Positions 50,301 through 59,470 of a DNA stretch of 64,000 bases are shown piece after piece. The position numbers and the translations under genes are program-made. The notes under the pieces were generated by a model. That model was not told where the DNA came from and ran no database searches. It was given only the letters and a program-made list of their open reading frames with translations. The stretch is from IMG/VR virus record IMGVR_UViG_3300008954_003312, positions 1 to 64,000 of that record; one strand, written 5' to 3'. This stretch comes from a virus. How positions within the stretch are numbered: position 1 is the stretch's first letter; each line of letters starts with the position of its first letter.

Positions 50301-50945
50301 CTTAGATCAGATGATCAATCTGTTACACACATATTCGCTAATATGCTAAGTGCTATGACAATATTTGACCCACTTATATTTGACGATATAGGTTCCCCAT
50401 CTACTTTTGAAACAGATCTCATTAAATGGGATGGAGAAAGCGTAAGTCTATCGCCTTCCGGAGAGATAGTTTTACAAAATCACTTTTTTGATTATTACCT
50501 CAAGATGTATCTTAGGATTGTTCTTGGAATTGATGTCTTTGAGGATTCTTTTCCTTTTAATGAGTCCGAGACAATATCTTCAACCTGCGATGCAGACAAG
50601 CAAGAGATTTTTAACTCCTTTGAGGAGGGCTTAGTGACTCTATATGCTAGCTCGGATGAGCTCGCTGAAGATTCTCAGGAGCTAGAGTTCAATAAGACAA
50701 GATCAGTCATTGCACAGTCTACAATCTTCAGCTCTATTAAGTACAGAAACAGGGTGTTGTTTTCAAGAATATTTGATAGAGTTTTCTGTATATACGTTGA
50801 TATTGATGATTTTGAGCTAGAGAGCGGAGAAGCTGATACATCTGAAAGTGTTCCATCTTTTTATCAGCTATATACAACCTATGAGATTGTTCCAGCAATT
50901 GGAGATGCCCCTGATCGATCAGGCAGTGAAGAGCAGGGCATGTGA
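47340..50945 (+). CDS. large acidic hypothetical virion protein
   Basis: 1201 aa ORF, AGGAG RBS, D/E/S-rich, mostly helical; C-terminal ILVVGIP and FDRVF blocks. Confidence 0.55.
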   Translation: MAVKTSFDDALIDDSLAGESFDNEIQSLIAENSVLRADTDQVLDNLTNILSSINAILNSLNIKFGSYITSSSLVDEMYSNLGVDEELYTNASDSLTLQEYFTQVMGFSEEKIGYMSCTAMFIQLLNDLRNSISTCSPGLVTADGSSSDYTQHGERDAAFTDRTGTSVAGVEHTYSERVIGNLKSHLVQSPSGLYDGLSRVSAVIEGIFESGQWQTGGSPSIGSESGESSVSDIQEGLSDIGDDPTGIAAYLLYVTRDFIKHVSLQSTGIRSALKSYISVTDNTTIEEIHTAVFGDTGGESGKRILGYGLETTEGASGQPETAIYSDIIMQSWSSEMKSSESTNPVNYLPFDRYSLITADSAYLPAIQIFINHMLTESGTSGSTLLNPRRFVAFSNRISKKISNITTYVKNIILARGASEYNSAKLFEICVKKFQGVLESRYTGSGEEINKTDLTRMFILLLAEKDEDVDNALLDFLLIRSTFKRKWSSGTGYPTAEGKENDTSLLGSDERFRAGVASITDDSITWSDLETAYYTAAATLANAVRESAAFGALHSSGGTVPAGTEIFDDLAIVKRTFSSADPFREGGIDIGEDDSSALQNDLEYDSIIRAIAYDHGEGNDLFDILWVCVNAFQSAIMNRYQTLSGFDSPIENGDILTYQSDEINRYGRETAVYIFFKKFLSETIRITFNRGVDNEYNEEPSGADAHGDNEPAYYTFREGVFIFLSNVILESYESIDSVSQNLDYWESEWLGGGEGQIEGDRSELLSAATDRASYLGSIYSSLVNEDAKCINLLHYLNSISDEMASASNQVQTMVGLLPTPGFNVSDDVLAFLKQHPQGQNMLLTLTRDSLMTSKYLHKGFQDHRQYDYQVAIKNFDAEQISNMVQALSNDLSSYLPNVGIQYDFVPSASQDRKKILVVGIPAGVAEYLRYKGAWLGNDSRYLDSTYLKITVYRRNLQDDSETSIPKEFYFDMSSYLLEGLAGVDDSASLRSDDQSVTHIFANMLSAMTIFDPLIFDDIGSPSTFETDLIKWDGESVSLSPSGEIVLQNHFFDYYLKMYLRIVLGIDVFEDSFPFNESETISSTCDADKQEIFNSFEEGLVTLYASSDELAEDSQELEFNKTRSVIAQSTIFSSIKYRNRVLFSRIFDRVFCIYVDIDDFELESGEADTSESVPSFYQLYTTYEIVPAIGDAPDRSGSEEQGM

Positions 50946-51017
50946 TGAAAATTATCAATTGGATATTACGAGAGGGTTTTATGATTTATTTTTATTTATT
51001 AACTAGAGGGGCTAGCG

Positions 51018-52949
51018 ATGTCAAGTGAAATAGACGGTCAGCTTCCCACCTATCCAAGCAGACCTGTCGCATTTATTGATATTCCTGAGCCCACTGATTT
51101 TTCTGCAGATTTTCAATATAATTTTTTTACATCAGATGAGAGAGTCAGCGGTGATGCGACTACAGTATTGATCGATATGGGAATTACAAGAACAGATCAG
51201 CTCCTTACTACTAATCAGGCTTCGAGGCTTCCAAGATATATTGAGCTTCAATGGTCAATGGTTGACTTTAATAACTTTGAGGACGGCTCTTATAGGGAAA
51301 ATCTATATAACACATATAATCTTGACGATTACGGAATAAGTGAAAGTGATATCATGGACGAGGAGGCTATTTCAAATGCTTTCTTTAGTGCTGCTGCAAT
51401 GCAAGATACCGGTGCAGATGTGTCATTTTATAGACTTTCTGCTGGCTCAGCAGCTGTTCTTGGAATAGACTTCGATACAACATCAGGAAATACAGTTGGT
51501 GCCAGCCTTGCAAGAATGATTGGATCGACATCTATTGTTGATTCTAGCGGAAAGAAGCTCTTGATGGAGACGTTGTCCAATCTACAGTCGCAAGGGGTCA
51601 CCTTTGCTAGTTCAGATGTTAACACATCTATTGATTCATTTTTATGGACACCTGCTAGAAATTTAAAATTTAATTTTAATATCAATAATTTAATTATCTC
51701 TTCTTTGTTAAAATCATCTTCTGAAAACAGCTTGAGCTTATTTGAAGATGAGCTTAGATCAGGGCTCTTAGCAGCAAAAAAGATTCAAAATAGTGCAATA
51801 ACAAATTCAAATCCGGGAGCAGTAGATATATCTGGAGATTATGATTTTGAAATAACACCTATTCACATGACTGAACAGCCTACGACTGATGGAAATCTAG
51901 AATATTTTAATGAAGGTGCAGTTCTTGCTGGATATGTGATTGAAAAACAGGAGCTATTGCCTGATGGGTCGCTTATTCAAAGAGATTCTATTTTAGTCTC
52001 CTCTAAAGGTATCAAGAGTGTTAAAGATCCTCACGTTAGATATGGGGCTGCATATATCTATACTGTTAAAGCTGTTGCTATAGCTAGATTTGAGGCAATG
52101 AGAGGTGATCCAGAGTCTTCTAACGCTGATCAGATTGTTATAGCTGATGTCCTAATTAAGTCAAAAGGTACATCTCTGACTGTTAACTGCTTTGAGAGTG
52201 TCCCGCCACCACCTCCTAACAATCTAAGATTTCATTACAACTTTGAAACCGAAGATTTGGTTATTTTTTGGGACTTTCCTGTAAATACCCAGCGAGATAT
52301 TAAGAGATTTCAAATATTTAGAAGAAAGAGTGTTCATGATCCTTTTACTATTCTTAAAGAGTACGACTTTGATGACTCCGAGTCAAAGTCAAATACACTA
52401 GAGAAAACACCTAGAACTCTAATTGAGACCATGACATATCCTTCAACATATTTCATAGATGAAGAATTTAAAAAATCAAGTAGCTATATCTATGCTGTTT
52501 GCTCGGTTGATGCACGGGGTCTTACATCAAACTATTCAAGTCAGTTCTTAGTTAGCTTTGATTCTTTTAAGCAGTCAGTTAAAGTTACTACAGTCTCTGC
52601 AAAAGAGGCACCTAAGTCTTATCCAAATCTATACCTAACACAGGATCTTTTTGTTGATACCATGAAAGATAGCGGCCACAGCCGAATTAATCTTTATTTT
52701 GACCCTGAGTATATTGATGTTCTTTCAGGTGAGACAGGAACAGAAGAGTCTTTATCTCTATTTTCAAAAGATGGAACAACAGAAAATCCAGACTATAGAT
52801 TGCAGATTATAAATACAGACCTTCAACAAGGCGAGGTTGTCAATATTTATATTGGAGGAAGTATACCTAGTGAGTATTTTAGTTATACCAGGGCATCTAG
52901 TATTGAGCTTGCATCTATGGGCGGTCTTGACTTTGGATCAGATTCTTAG
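51018..52949 (+). CDS. virion protein with fibronectin type III repeats
   Basis: PPPPPNNL...IFWD.P...DIKRFQIFRR...F.D......YIYAV.SVD..G..S..S; preceding unit GYVIEK...D..V.YG..Y.Y.V.AV. Confidence 0.65.
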   Translation: MSSEIDGQLPTYPSRPVAFIDIPEPTDFSADFQYNFFTSDERVSGDATTVLIDMGITRTDQLLTTNQASRLPRYIELQWSMVDFNNFEDGSYRENLYNTYNLDDYGISESDIMDEEAISNAFFSAAAMQDTGADVSFYRLSAGSAAVLGIDFDTTSGNTVGASLARMIGSTSIVDSSGKKLLMETLSNLQSQGVTFASSDVNTSIDSFLWTPARNLKFNFNINNLIISSLLKSSSENSLSLFEDELRSGLLAAKKIQNSAITNSNPGAVDISGDYDFEITPIHMTEQPTTDGNLEYFNEGAVLAGYVIEKQELLPDGSLIQRDSILVSSKGIKSVKDPHVRYGAAYIYTVKAVAIARFEAMRGDPESSNADQIVIADVLIKSKGTSLTVNCFESVPPPPPNNLRFHYNFETEDLVIFWDFPVNTQRDIKRFQIFRRKSVHDPFTILKEYDFDDSESKSNTLEKTPRTLIETMTYPSTYFIDEEFKKSSSYIYAVCSVDARGLTSNYSSQFLVSFDSFKQSVKVTTVSAKEAPKSYPNLYLTQDLFVDTMKDSGHSRINLYFDPEYIDVLSGETGTEESLSLFSKDGTTENPDYRLQIINTDLQQGEVVNIYIGGSIPSEYFSYTRASSIELASMGGLDFGSDS

Positions 52950-52994
52950 AAGGAATTTAATATTTTTAGTCTAAAAGATAAGTTAATGGCTATA

Positions 52995-53003
52995 ATATTT
53001 AAT
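52995..53003 (+). promoter_or_regulatory. candidate late promoter ATATTTAAT
   Basis: In the 105-nt AT-rich gap before 53055; variant ATAATTA at 53032-53038. Confidence 0.45.
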
Positions 53004-53054
53004 CTAGGTTAACTTTAAATTTTATAAATCTATAATTAGATGTAGGAGGAAAAA

Positions 53055-53756
53055 ATGGGATTCTTAGACAATTCTACAAATAACATTATTATTGATGCTG
53101 TTTTAACAAATCTCGGTAGAGAGTTCTTAGCTAGAAACGATGGATCTTTTTCTATTTCAAAGTTTGCGCTAGGAGATGATGAAGTAGATTACTCAATAAT
53201 TCAAAAATTTGGTAGAACAGTTGGTGTTGAAAAAATTGAGAAGAATACACCAATATTTGAGGCACTAACCTCAGGAAATCAAGCAATCAAGAGCAAGCTA
53301 GTCAGTGCAAGCGATCCCACACTCACGAGGCTTCCAAGCATTGTTATTACTGGGCCAGATGCAAATAACACTGTTGAGCTTACAAGGACAACGACAGCCT
53401 CTTCGACAACCAATGAAAAGACGCTAATTGTTGAACAGTCACAATCAGGAGGGGGTACAGTTCCCACAGACTTGCAGGATCCTGCAATACTTCTTGAATG
53501 TAATAACTTATTTGTAAGTGTCAAGGGAAAAGTTCCAGAATCTATAAATTCTGATAATATAGCTACATACCTTATAGTCAAGAATCCTACTACACTTTCT
53601 GGAAATAGATCACAGTTTACACTAACGATATCTGCTAAGAATGTTTCATCTTCTTTGTTTAATGCATACGGAGATGATTCAACCGTTATTTTACCGGTTA
53701 CAGTAACCGGAATTTCATCTGGTGCTAGCAGCACGTTTACTGTACAGATTACATGA
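53055..53756 (+). CDS. tail/baseplate protein with a tail-collar-fibre-like (DUF3751-type) N-terminus
   Basis: LT..GRE.LA.......I.KFALGD motif; strong AGGAGG RBS; Ig-like C-terminus. Confidence 0.6.
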   Translation: MGFLDNSTNNIIIDAVLTNLGREFLARNDGSFSISKFALGDDEVDYSIIQKFGRTVGVEKIEKNTPIFEALTSGNQAIKSKLVSASDPTLTRLPSIVITGPDANNTVELTRTTTASSTTNEKTLIVEQSQSGGGTVPTDLQDPAILLECNNLFVSVKGKVPESINSDNIATYLIVKNPTTLSGNRSQFTLTISAKNVSSSLFNAYGDDSTVILPVTVTGISSGASSTFTVQIT

Positions 53757-53775
53757 TAATTGGAGTTAATAAAAA

Positions 53776-55041
53776 TTGGGTACCTATAAATCTATAAGCG
53801 CAGCTGATATTAAGACAAGCAGATCTTCTTTAAATCAGCTTGTTGATATTATTCAAGAGGACATTTCAGGCTCTGTAACAAGAAAGACATTTCAGGTTTT
53901 TGTCACAGGAGGTGTCGCCTCCTGTCCCGGTGTGACGTCTTCTCAGTACCACACTGTCTTTGATCAAAATTACAGTTTCCAGACTGCTAATGAAATTTGT
54001 GACATGACTATCGGACTTTGGGAATCTGGGTCTACAGTCGCGAGCTGTAGCACAGGAGAAGATAGCGCCGGTAAGCTTCTATTCACATCAGAGACGCTGA
54101 TGATGAGAGAAAAAGTGGACCTCTACAGGCAATACTCTCAGACTCTCTTAGGCTCTGACACTGTTTTCCAGATTCCGTATAAGGGAAGCAGTCAGAAGAA
54201 TATCGATAATGCAATGTTTATTAACTTTAAGAGACTTTTTGCTCGAGATGCTATTAAGAAAGAGACATTTGCTATGCGAATGTATGCCACAGCGGTCATT
54301 GATTTTAATGACACGACAACAAGAGGGGGTAGCACAGCAGGAACACCTTATTCAAATCTCGATAGAACCACAACTACAGGCAGCAAGATCTGGACAGATG
54401 TAGGTGCTTCAAGCTTGACACATGTAGCCTATGGTGGCACAGTTGCAAATATTGTTGACTCTGCAGATACAAGCAACTATGGCGGACTGATATTCTATGA
54501 TCAGGGAATAATTGTCATGGATCTTGAAAGGTGCATATCAGGATCTCAGCATGTTTCAGGTGTTATAAGCAGCATGTCTCCTAATTCTCGTGCTGATGCA
54601 GCAGCAGGTCAATCTATAATTGGAAGCGGGACATCTGACACAGCTACAGATCCAAACTACAGGGCTACATTTATTCCCTCGCTTATGAGATGTGGATCAA
54701 TAGACGATATTGTTAATCATCTTGCATCTTGTAGATTCCAGTCAGGGTCTTTAACAGCCATAACATTTCAAAATGTTACAGAGATCAACTCTACGCTGAT
54801 ATTCTGTCGTGCAACAGCAGATGAGTTTAATTACTCAGGAAATCCAACATTTACTGATGCTGATGATAGGCTAGTTGTAATTGATACCGGGGAAGAAAGC
54901 ACACAGAGAACATTTAGCTTTATTACCTCTGTAGGTCTTTATGATAATAATAATAACCTGCTAGCTGTCGCAAAGCTGTCTAGGCCAGTTCAGAAAAGCG
55001 ATGAGAAGGATCTGACAGTCAGAATCAGGCTAGACTTCTAA
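53776..55041 (+). CDS. tail/baseplate protein
   Basis: C-terminal EFNYS.NPTF...FITSVGLYD....LLAVAKLSRP..K......RIRLDF; TTG start after GGAG. Confidence 0.6.
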   Translation: MGTYKSISAADIKTSRSSLNQLVDIIQEDISGSVTRKTFQVFVTGGVASCPGVTSSQYHTVFDQNYSFQTANEICDMTIGLWESGSTVASCSTGEDSAGKLLFTSETLMMREKVDLYRQYSQTLLGSDTVFQIPYKGSSQKNIDNAMFINFKRLFARDAIKKETFAMRMYATAVIDFNDTTTRGGSTAGTPYSNLDRTTTTGSKIWTDVGASSLTHVAYGGTVANIVDSADTSNYGGLIFYDQGIIVMDLERCISGSQHVSGVISSMSPNSRADAAAGQSIIGSGTSDTATDPNYRATFIPSLMRCGSIDDIVNHLASCRFQSGSLTAITFQNVTEINSTLIFCRATADEFNYSGNPTFTDADDRLVVIDTGEESTQRTFSFITSVGLYDNNNNLLAVAKLSRPVQKSDEKDLTVRIRLDF

Positions 55042-55051
55042 AGGAGACATC

Positions 55052-57829
55052 ATGTCTCTAATAAAGATCTTACCAGAATATCTTGAGACCTTTACCCTAA
55101 CACTACACCCTAACAGGAGGTTTGTTTCTTCTTCTGCGGAGGGTGTAACGACTGGTTCACTGTCGCTATCAGCGAGACCTAGCACATCTGTAAAGAGCAT
55201 AGTTAAGATGTCAACCGGATCTGACACGTCTGGCTTTGAGGGCTCAGTCTTTGATTTATCAAACTACTACCCTAGCAATATACTCGAAAGTGTAAATAGG
55301 GATTATTTAGATAATTACAGAGACTCATCGTGGGATGGAACAGCTAGCTATACATCTAATATGGTCGCATATTTATCAGGTGTTCATGAGACGACTGGGT
55401 CTCATAGAAACGCTAGGACATTTGAAATCACTAGATTTGATGCTCCTTTTGAACTATCTAAAGAGAATGGTGTTAAGAACTTTGTTAGAAACGGTCTAAT
55501 GTCATCATATAGATCAAGATATACCGGTTGTGACTTTACCTATACAAATTATAGCTCATTAAACTTTTTTACCTCTTCTGACGTTCCTTCAGGCTCAGCA
55601 CTAATTTATCCAAACTTTAGCGGTGCAACACCAGGTCTTCTTCCCGTTGGAAGCAGTGAAGTTGCCGAGAGGGGTTACGGTCTTCAGCAACCCAGGCCTT
55701 ACACACCCTATAAGGGATTTACTCTTCAGTTTTACATAAATCCAAGGTATACAACTGATGATCCAGTTCAGCACGGAGGGGCTAGCAGCCCGACTTCAGG
55801 AAGTGTCTTTAGAGCTGGAACTATTATGCACCTATCTTCAACTTTTGCTGTCTCTCTTGTGACTGGGAGTGGAGTTGATGAAAGCGGATATCCCAATGGA
55901 TACCGAATCATGCTTCAGTTAAGTCATAGTTGTGACACTAAGCCCTCTGATGTTGATCTAAGCATAACAAACAGCAGAAGAGATGTTCCAAATGATCTGA
56001 TCTTTCTATCAGATGATAATGTCCTGACAAGAAATCACTGGCATCATGTCTCTATACGATGGGATGCTGCGACTAATAATAGAGGCACAGGATCTTTTTA
56101 TGTGGACGGATCAGAGAGAGGCAGCTTTGCTGTTCAGTCTGCTTCAATTGCTGCAACAGAACCGTTTAAGTCTCGACCTAGCGGAAATGATCCAAGGATT
56201 ACATGGGGATCAGATGCTCTTGTGATTGGAAACTTTTTTGAGGGATCACACATCGGTCAGCTTTTTAACGGACCTGCTACTGGTAGTGAGGGATGTGCGA
56301 GAAAGGTTTTTTCTGATGGAGCCGACAATCCCTATCACAGCAGCATTGATCCTGCTGTGGGATTCCATCACCCATTAAATGCTGAGATCCACGAGGTGCA
56401 GATCTGGAAGAGGTCCCTGGCAAATGACGAGGTAAGCACTTTAATGAAAAAAGGTGTCGGATCTATAGACGCACCGTGGTCTGAGAATAACTTTTCAACA
56501 AATAAAGCCTCTCTCATAGCTCATAATGATCTTTGCTTTTATCTTCCTCCTTTCTTTGTCAAGGAGTCCAATCCCAGAAAAGTTACTGCGACACCTTTCC
56601 TATTTTCTGAAGGGACAAACGGATTTTCTGCTGTAGACCTCGACGGCGGCCAGACTCTGGGAACATTCTCTTCTACAACTACTTCACAGACAGATACACC
56701 ATTTCATCTAACAGCATCACTTTCTGTTGGAGGACACATTGTTAGTCTTGAGAACTATGTTAGAGACTTTGTTACCGGGTACTATCCTAGACTTTTTCAC
56801 CTAACAGCAACTATTATTGACACAGCTGGATTTACAGCTAGCCCTAGCAGTTATATCAAGCTAGATCCCGACGGAGAAAAGTGGAGTGCTAATAGATATT
56901 TTTATTCTCAGATGTTTGGAGCATCTGGGTCCCAGATAGCAAAGAGAAATTTAACTATCTTGCCAAACGATAATGGAAAGTTTCAACCTAACTTTGATCT
57001 TCTTGAAACTGGATCCGGCTATGGTCTTTCTAATGAACCTGACAGCATCTTTAAGACTTCACTGGGTGCAATTGATAGATCGATTGTAAGTCTCAATGAG
57101 ATGATATTGACAGGTGCCCTGGGCACTCCGCCTCTTCCTGGTGATTTTGATGTTGATGACAAGAGCTTTATGACAGACATCTGCGGAGCAGCTCCCTCTT
57201 CTGGCTCAACAATAACCCCTCCTGATTCTTGTAACATTAGTAGAAATTACATACATTATTTCTCTGTCTATAATCAAATAAGAGATCCTAGTTCTAATCA
57301 GCTTACATTTTTTAATATTCCAAATCTGTACTATGGTCAAAGAATATTGCCTGAAACATTTAAGATAATTGACCCTAGCATGACTGGATCTGGAGGAAAG
57401 GTCAAGATCACCCTTAAGGACAATGGAAAAGGGGGACTCTATAGAGCAGACTGTACAGGATCTCACCCTACTTGGTCAAATGTTGGAAATGTTTTTTATG
57501 AAGAGGGCGTTGCGATTATTAAATCTCCAAATCTTCCCTTGTTTGCAACAGGAGCATTTGAGACATCCTTCCAGGGAGAGCAGAGTACACATGTTTTGAC
57601 AATCAATGCTCCCTGTGAAACTGGAATGTTTATGTCATCTTCTAACCCATCGTTCAAAGTTCTATCAGCTTCCCTTGATCCGAATGAATACGACCCTGAG
57701 TTTGTATACATTACGGGCTTTAATCTTCATGATGATAATCTTAATGTTATTGGAAGGTCAAATCTTGCTCAGCCCTTAATCAAGAGGTCTAGCGATGAAT
57801 TTCTTTTTAAATTTAAAATGGATTTTTAA
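55052..57829 (+). CDS. tail/baseplate protein with a LamG domain; C-terminus paralogous to 53776..55041
   Basis: WHHVSIRW, YVDG, LVIG, EIHEVQIW; C-terminal SSNPSF...YITGFNLHDDNLNVIG..NLAQP..KR....FK.KMDF. Confidence 0.62.
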   Translation: MSLIKILPEYLETFTLTLHPNRRFVSSSAEGVTTGSLSLSARPSTSVKSIVKMSTGSDTSGFEGSVFDLSNYYPSNILESVNRDYLDNYRDSSWDGTASYTSNMVAYLSGVHETTGSHRNARTFEITRFDAPFELSKENGVKNFVRNGLMSSYRSRYTGCDFTYTNYSSLNFFTSSDVPSGSALIYPNFSGATPGLLPVGSSEVAERGYGLQQPRPYTPYKGFTLQFYINPRYTTDDPVQHGGASSPTSGSVFRAGTIMHLSSTFAVSLVTGSGVDESGYPNGYRIMLQLSHSCDTKPSDVDLSITNSRRDVPNDLIFLSDDNVLTRNHWHHVSIRWDAATNNRGTGSFYVDGSERGSFAVQSASIAATEPFKSRPSGNDPRITWGSDALVIGNFFEGSHIGQLFNGPATGSEGCARKVFSDGADNPYHSSIDPAVGFHHPLNAEIHEVQIWKRSLANDEVSTLMKKGVGSIDAPWSENNFSTNKASLIAHNDLCFYLPPFFVKESNPRKVTATPFLFSEGTNGFSAVDLDGGQTLGTFSSTTTSQTDTPFHLTASLSVGGHIVSLENYVRDFVTGYYPRLFHLTATIIDTAGFTASPSSYIKLDPDGEKWSANRYFYSQMFGASGSQIAKRNLTILPNDNGKFQPNFDLLETGSGYGLSNEPDSIFKTSLGAIDRSIVSLNEMILTGALGTPPLPGDFDVDDKSFMTDICGAAPSSGSTITPPDSCNISRNYIHYFSVYNQIRDPSSNQLTFFNIPNLYYGQRILPETFKIIDPSMTGSGGKVKITLKDNGKGGLYRADCTGSHPTWSNVGNVFYEEGVAIIKSPNLPLFATGAFETSFQGEQSTHVLTINAPCETGMFMSSSNPSFKVLSASLDPNEYDPEFVYITGFNLHDDNLNVIGRSNLAQPLIKRSSDEFLFKFKMDF

Positions 57830-58371
57830 TGATTTTAGGGCTGGATATATCTACTAGCTGTACTGGCTGGTGTATTGTTGGACCAAGTGGTAATTTAATT
57901 GACATGGATTCGATTGTCTTATCAAAGGATAAGACAATATTTAAGAAAGCTCAAAAGGTTAGGAGAGAATTATCCAGGCTGAATATTGAATATGGAATTG
58001 AAAAGGTGTGCATTGAGGAAAATTTGCAGGCATTTAGACCAGGACTCTCTTCTGCAAGGACACTTCTAACCCTTGCGAGATTCAATGGAATCGTGAGCTA
58101 TCTTGCACAAGAGGAGTTTTACTTTTCTCCAACATTTATAAATGTAAACACAGCTAGAAAGGCGCTTGGAATAAAAATTAAAAGAAAAAAAGATGGAGGA
58201 AAGCCAACAAAAGACCAGATTATAGAATGGGCATCTGGTGAACTAAATAATTTTAAGTGGCCAACAAAGGTTTTAAAAAGCGGACCTCGTAAAGATCAGT
58301 GTATTTTGGATCCAGTAAGCTATGACATGGCAGATGCATATGTGATTTCAAGAGCGGGATTAATTATTTAA
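57829..58371 (+). CDS. RuvC-like Holliday junction resolvase
   Basis: ILGLDISTSCTG (catalytic D), IEE, L.RFNG, DMADA. Confidence 0.85.
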   Translation: MILGLDISTSCTGWCIVGPSGNLIDMDSIVLSKDKTIFKKAQKVRRELSRLNIEYGIEKVCIEENLQAFRPGLSSARTLLTLARFNGIVSYLAQEEFYFSPTFINVNTARKALGIKIKRKKDGGKPTKDQIIEWASGELNNFKWPTKVLKSGPRKDQCILDPVSYDMADAYVISRAGLII

Positions 58372-58374
58372 AAA

Positions 58375-58383
58375 ATATTTAAT
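58375..58383 (+). promoter_or_regulatory. candidate promoter ATATTTAAT upstream of the primase
   Basis: Intergenic; core ends 21 nt before ATG 58403. Confidence 0.4.
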
Positions 58384-58402
58384 CTTACAGTATTATTTAG
58401 AC

Positions 58403-59359
58403 ATGAAGTCTATAACAGAAAGACTTAGATTTGTTAGATCAGTTTTTGGAAAATCTCATCTTGCAAATAATGGAGTTGATGTTGCTGTTAGATGCCCAAG
58501 CTGTAATAGTAAGTCGAAGAAGAAACTATCTATAAATCTTGAGACTTGGCAGTATCACTGCTGGGTATGTGGAATAAAGGGAAAGGATTTATCTTTTATT
58601 TTAAAAAAGTTTTCTAATCCAGAAGACTTATCACTATACAGTTCTGAATTTTTAGATCAAAAAAATACTGATTTAATAGTAGAAGAATCCATTGAAACAC
58701 CCAGCCTTCCAGATGACTTTATTTTACTTGCTGACAATTTAAAAACAAGAGATCCCGATCTTAGATCATGCCTTCTTTACTTAAAGAAAAGAGGGATTAC
58801 AAAAAAAGACTTATGGTACTTTAAATTAGGTACATGCAGATCTGGTACACATCGTAGAAGGGTTATTACTCCATCTTTTGATGCAGATGGATATTTAAAT
58901 TTTTACTCTTCTAGGACTATCGACGATGGAAGAATAAAATATCTAAATTCTAAGTTTGACAAGAGAGACATTGCATTCAATGAGATAAACATTGACTGGA
59001 AAAGAGAGTTAACAGTTGTTGAAGGACCATTTGATTTATTTAAATGCAATGATAATTCTACTTGTCTGCTTGGTTCAAGTCTAGGTGAGGGTCATTTTCT
59101 TTTTAGACGAATTGTTGCCAGCGCAACACCCGTTTTACTTGCTTTAGATAGTGATATGATTCAAAAATCATTTAAGATTGCTAGACTTTTATCAGAATAC
59201 GGAAGCCAGGTTAGAATTCTTAACTTAGAGGGAAATGAAGATGTTGGTAGCTTGACAAAAGAAGCTTTCTTAAAGCTAAGAGAAAGAGCAGCTCCATACG
59301 ATAGAAATATTGATTTAATCAGTAGAATTGGATCACTTAGAAGTGGATCAATTATCTGA
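58403..59359 (+). CDS. DnaG-type phage DNA primase
   Basis: Zn finger CPSC...HCWVC, YL..RGI, R...P, KYLN, TOPRIM VVEGPFD and LDSD, EDVG. Confidence 0.88.
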   Translation: MKSITERLRFVRSVFGKSHLANNGVDVAVRCPSCNSKSKKKLSINLETWQYHCWVCGIKGKDLSFILKKFSNPEDLSLYSSEFLDQKNTDLIVEESIETPSLPDDFILLADNLKTRDPDLRSCLLYLKKRGITKKDLWYFKLGTCRSGTHRRRVITPSFDADGYLNFYSSRTIDDGRIKYLNSKFDKRDIAFNEINIDWKRELTVVEGPFDLFKCNDNSTCLLGSSLGEGHFLFRRIVASATPVLLALDSDMIQKSFKIARLLSEYGSQVRILNLEGNEDVGSLTKEAFLKLRERAAPYDRNIDLISRIGSLRSGSII

Positions 59360-59470
59360 GATATAATACTTATGACTATAACAGAATTATAAGATTGCAA
59401 GAATGAAAAAATGATCTGTTGTACAAATTGCAATTTTAGTGTTGAATTAATAGATAGACATGGTTAATAT

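Noticed and set aside
46376-50945. 46376 and 47340 as one gene split by readthrough or frameshift
   Set aside because: They are in different frames, each downstream ORF has its own AGGAG, and no slippery site is evident.
29432-57829. Bacterial contractile injection system (eCIS/T6SS/tailocin)
   Set aside because: Linked terminase, primase, resolvase and gp46/47 homologues indicate a replicating, DNA-packaging phage.
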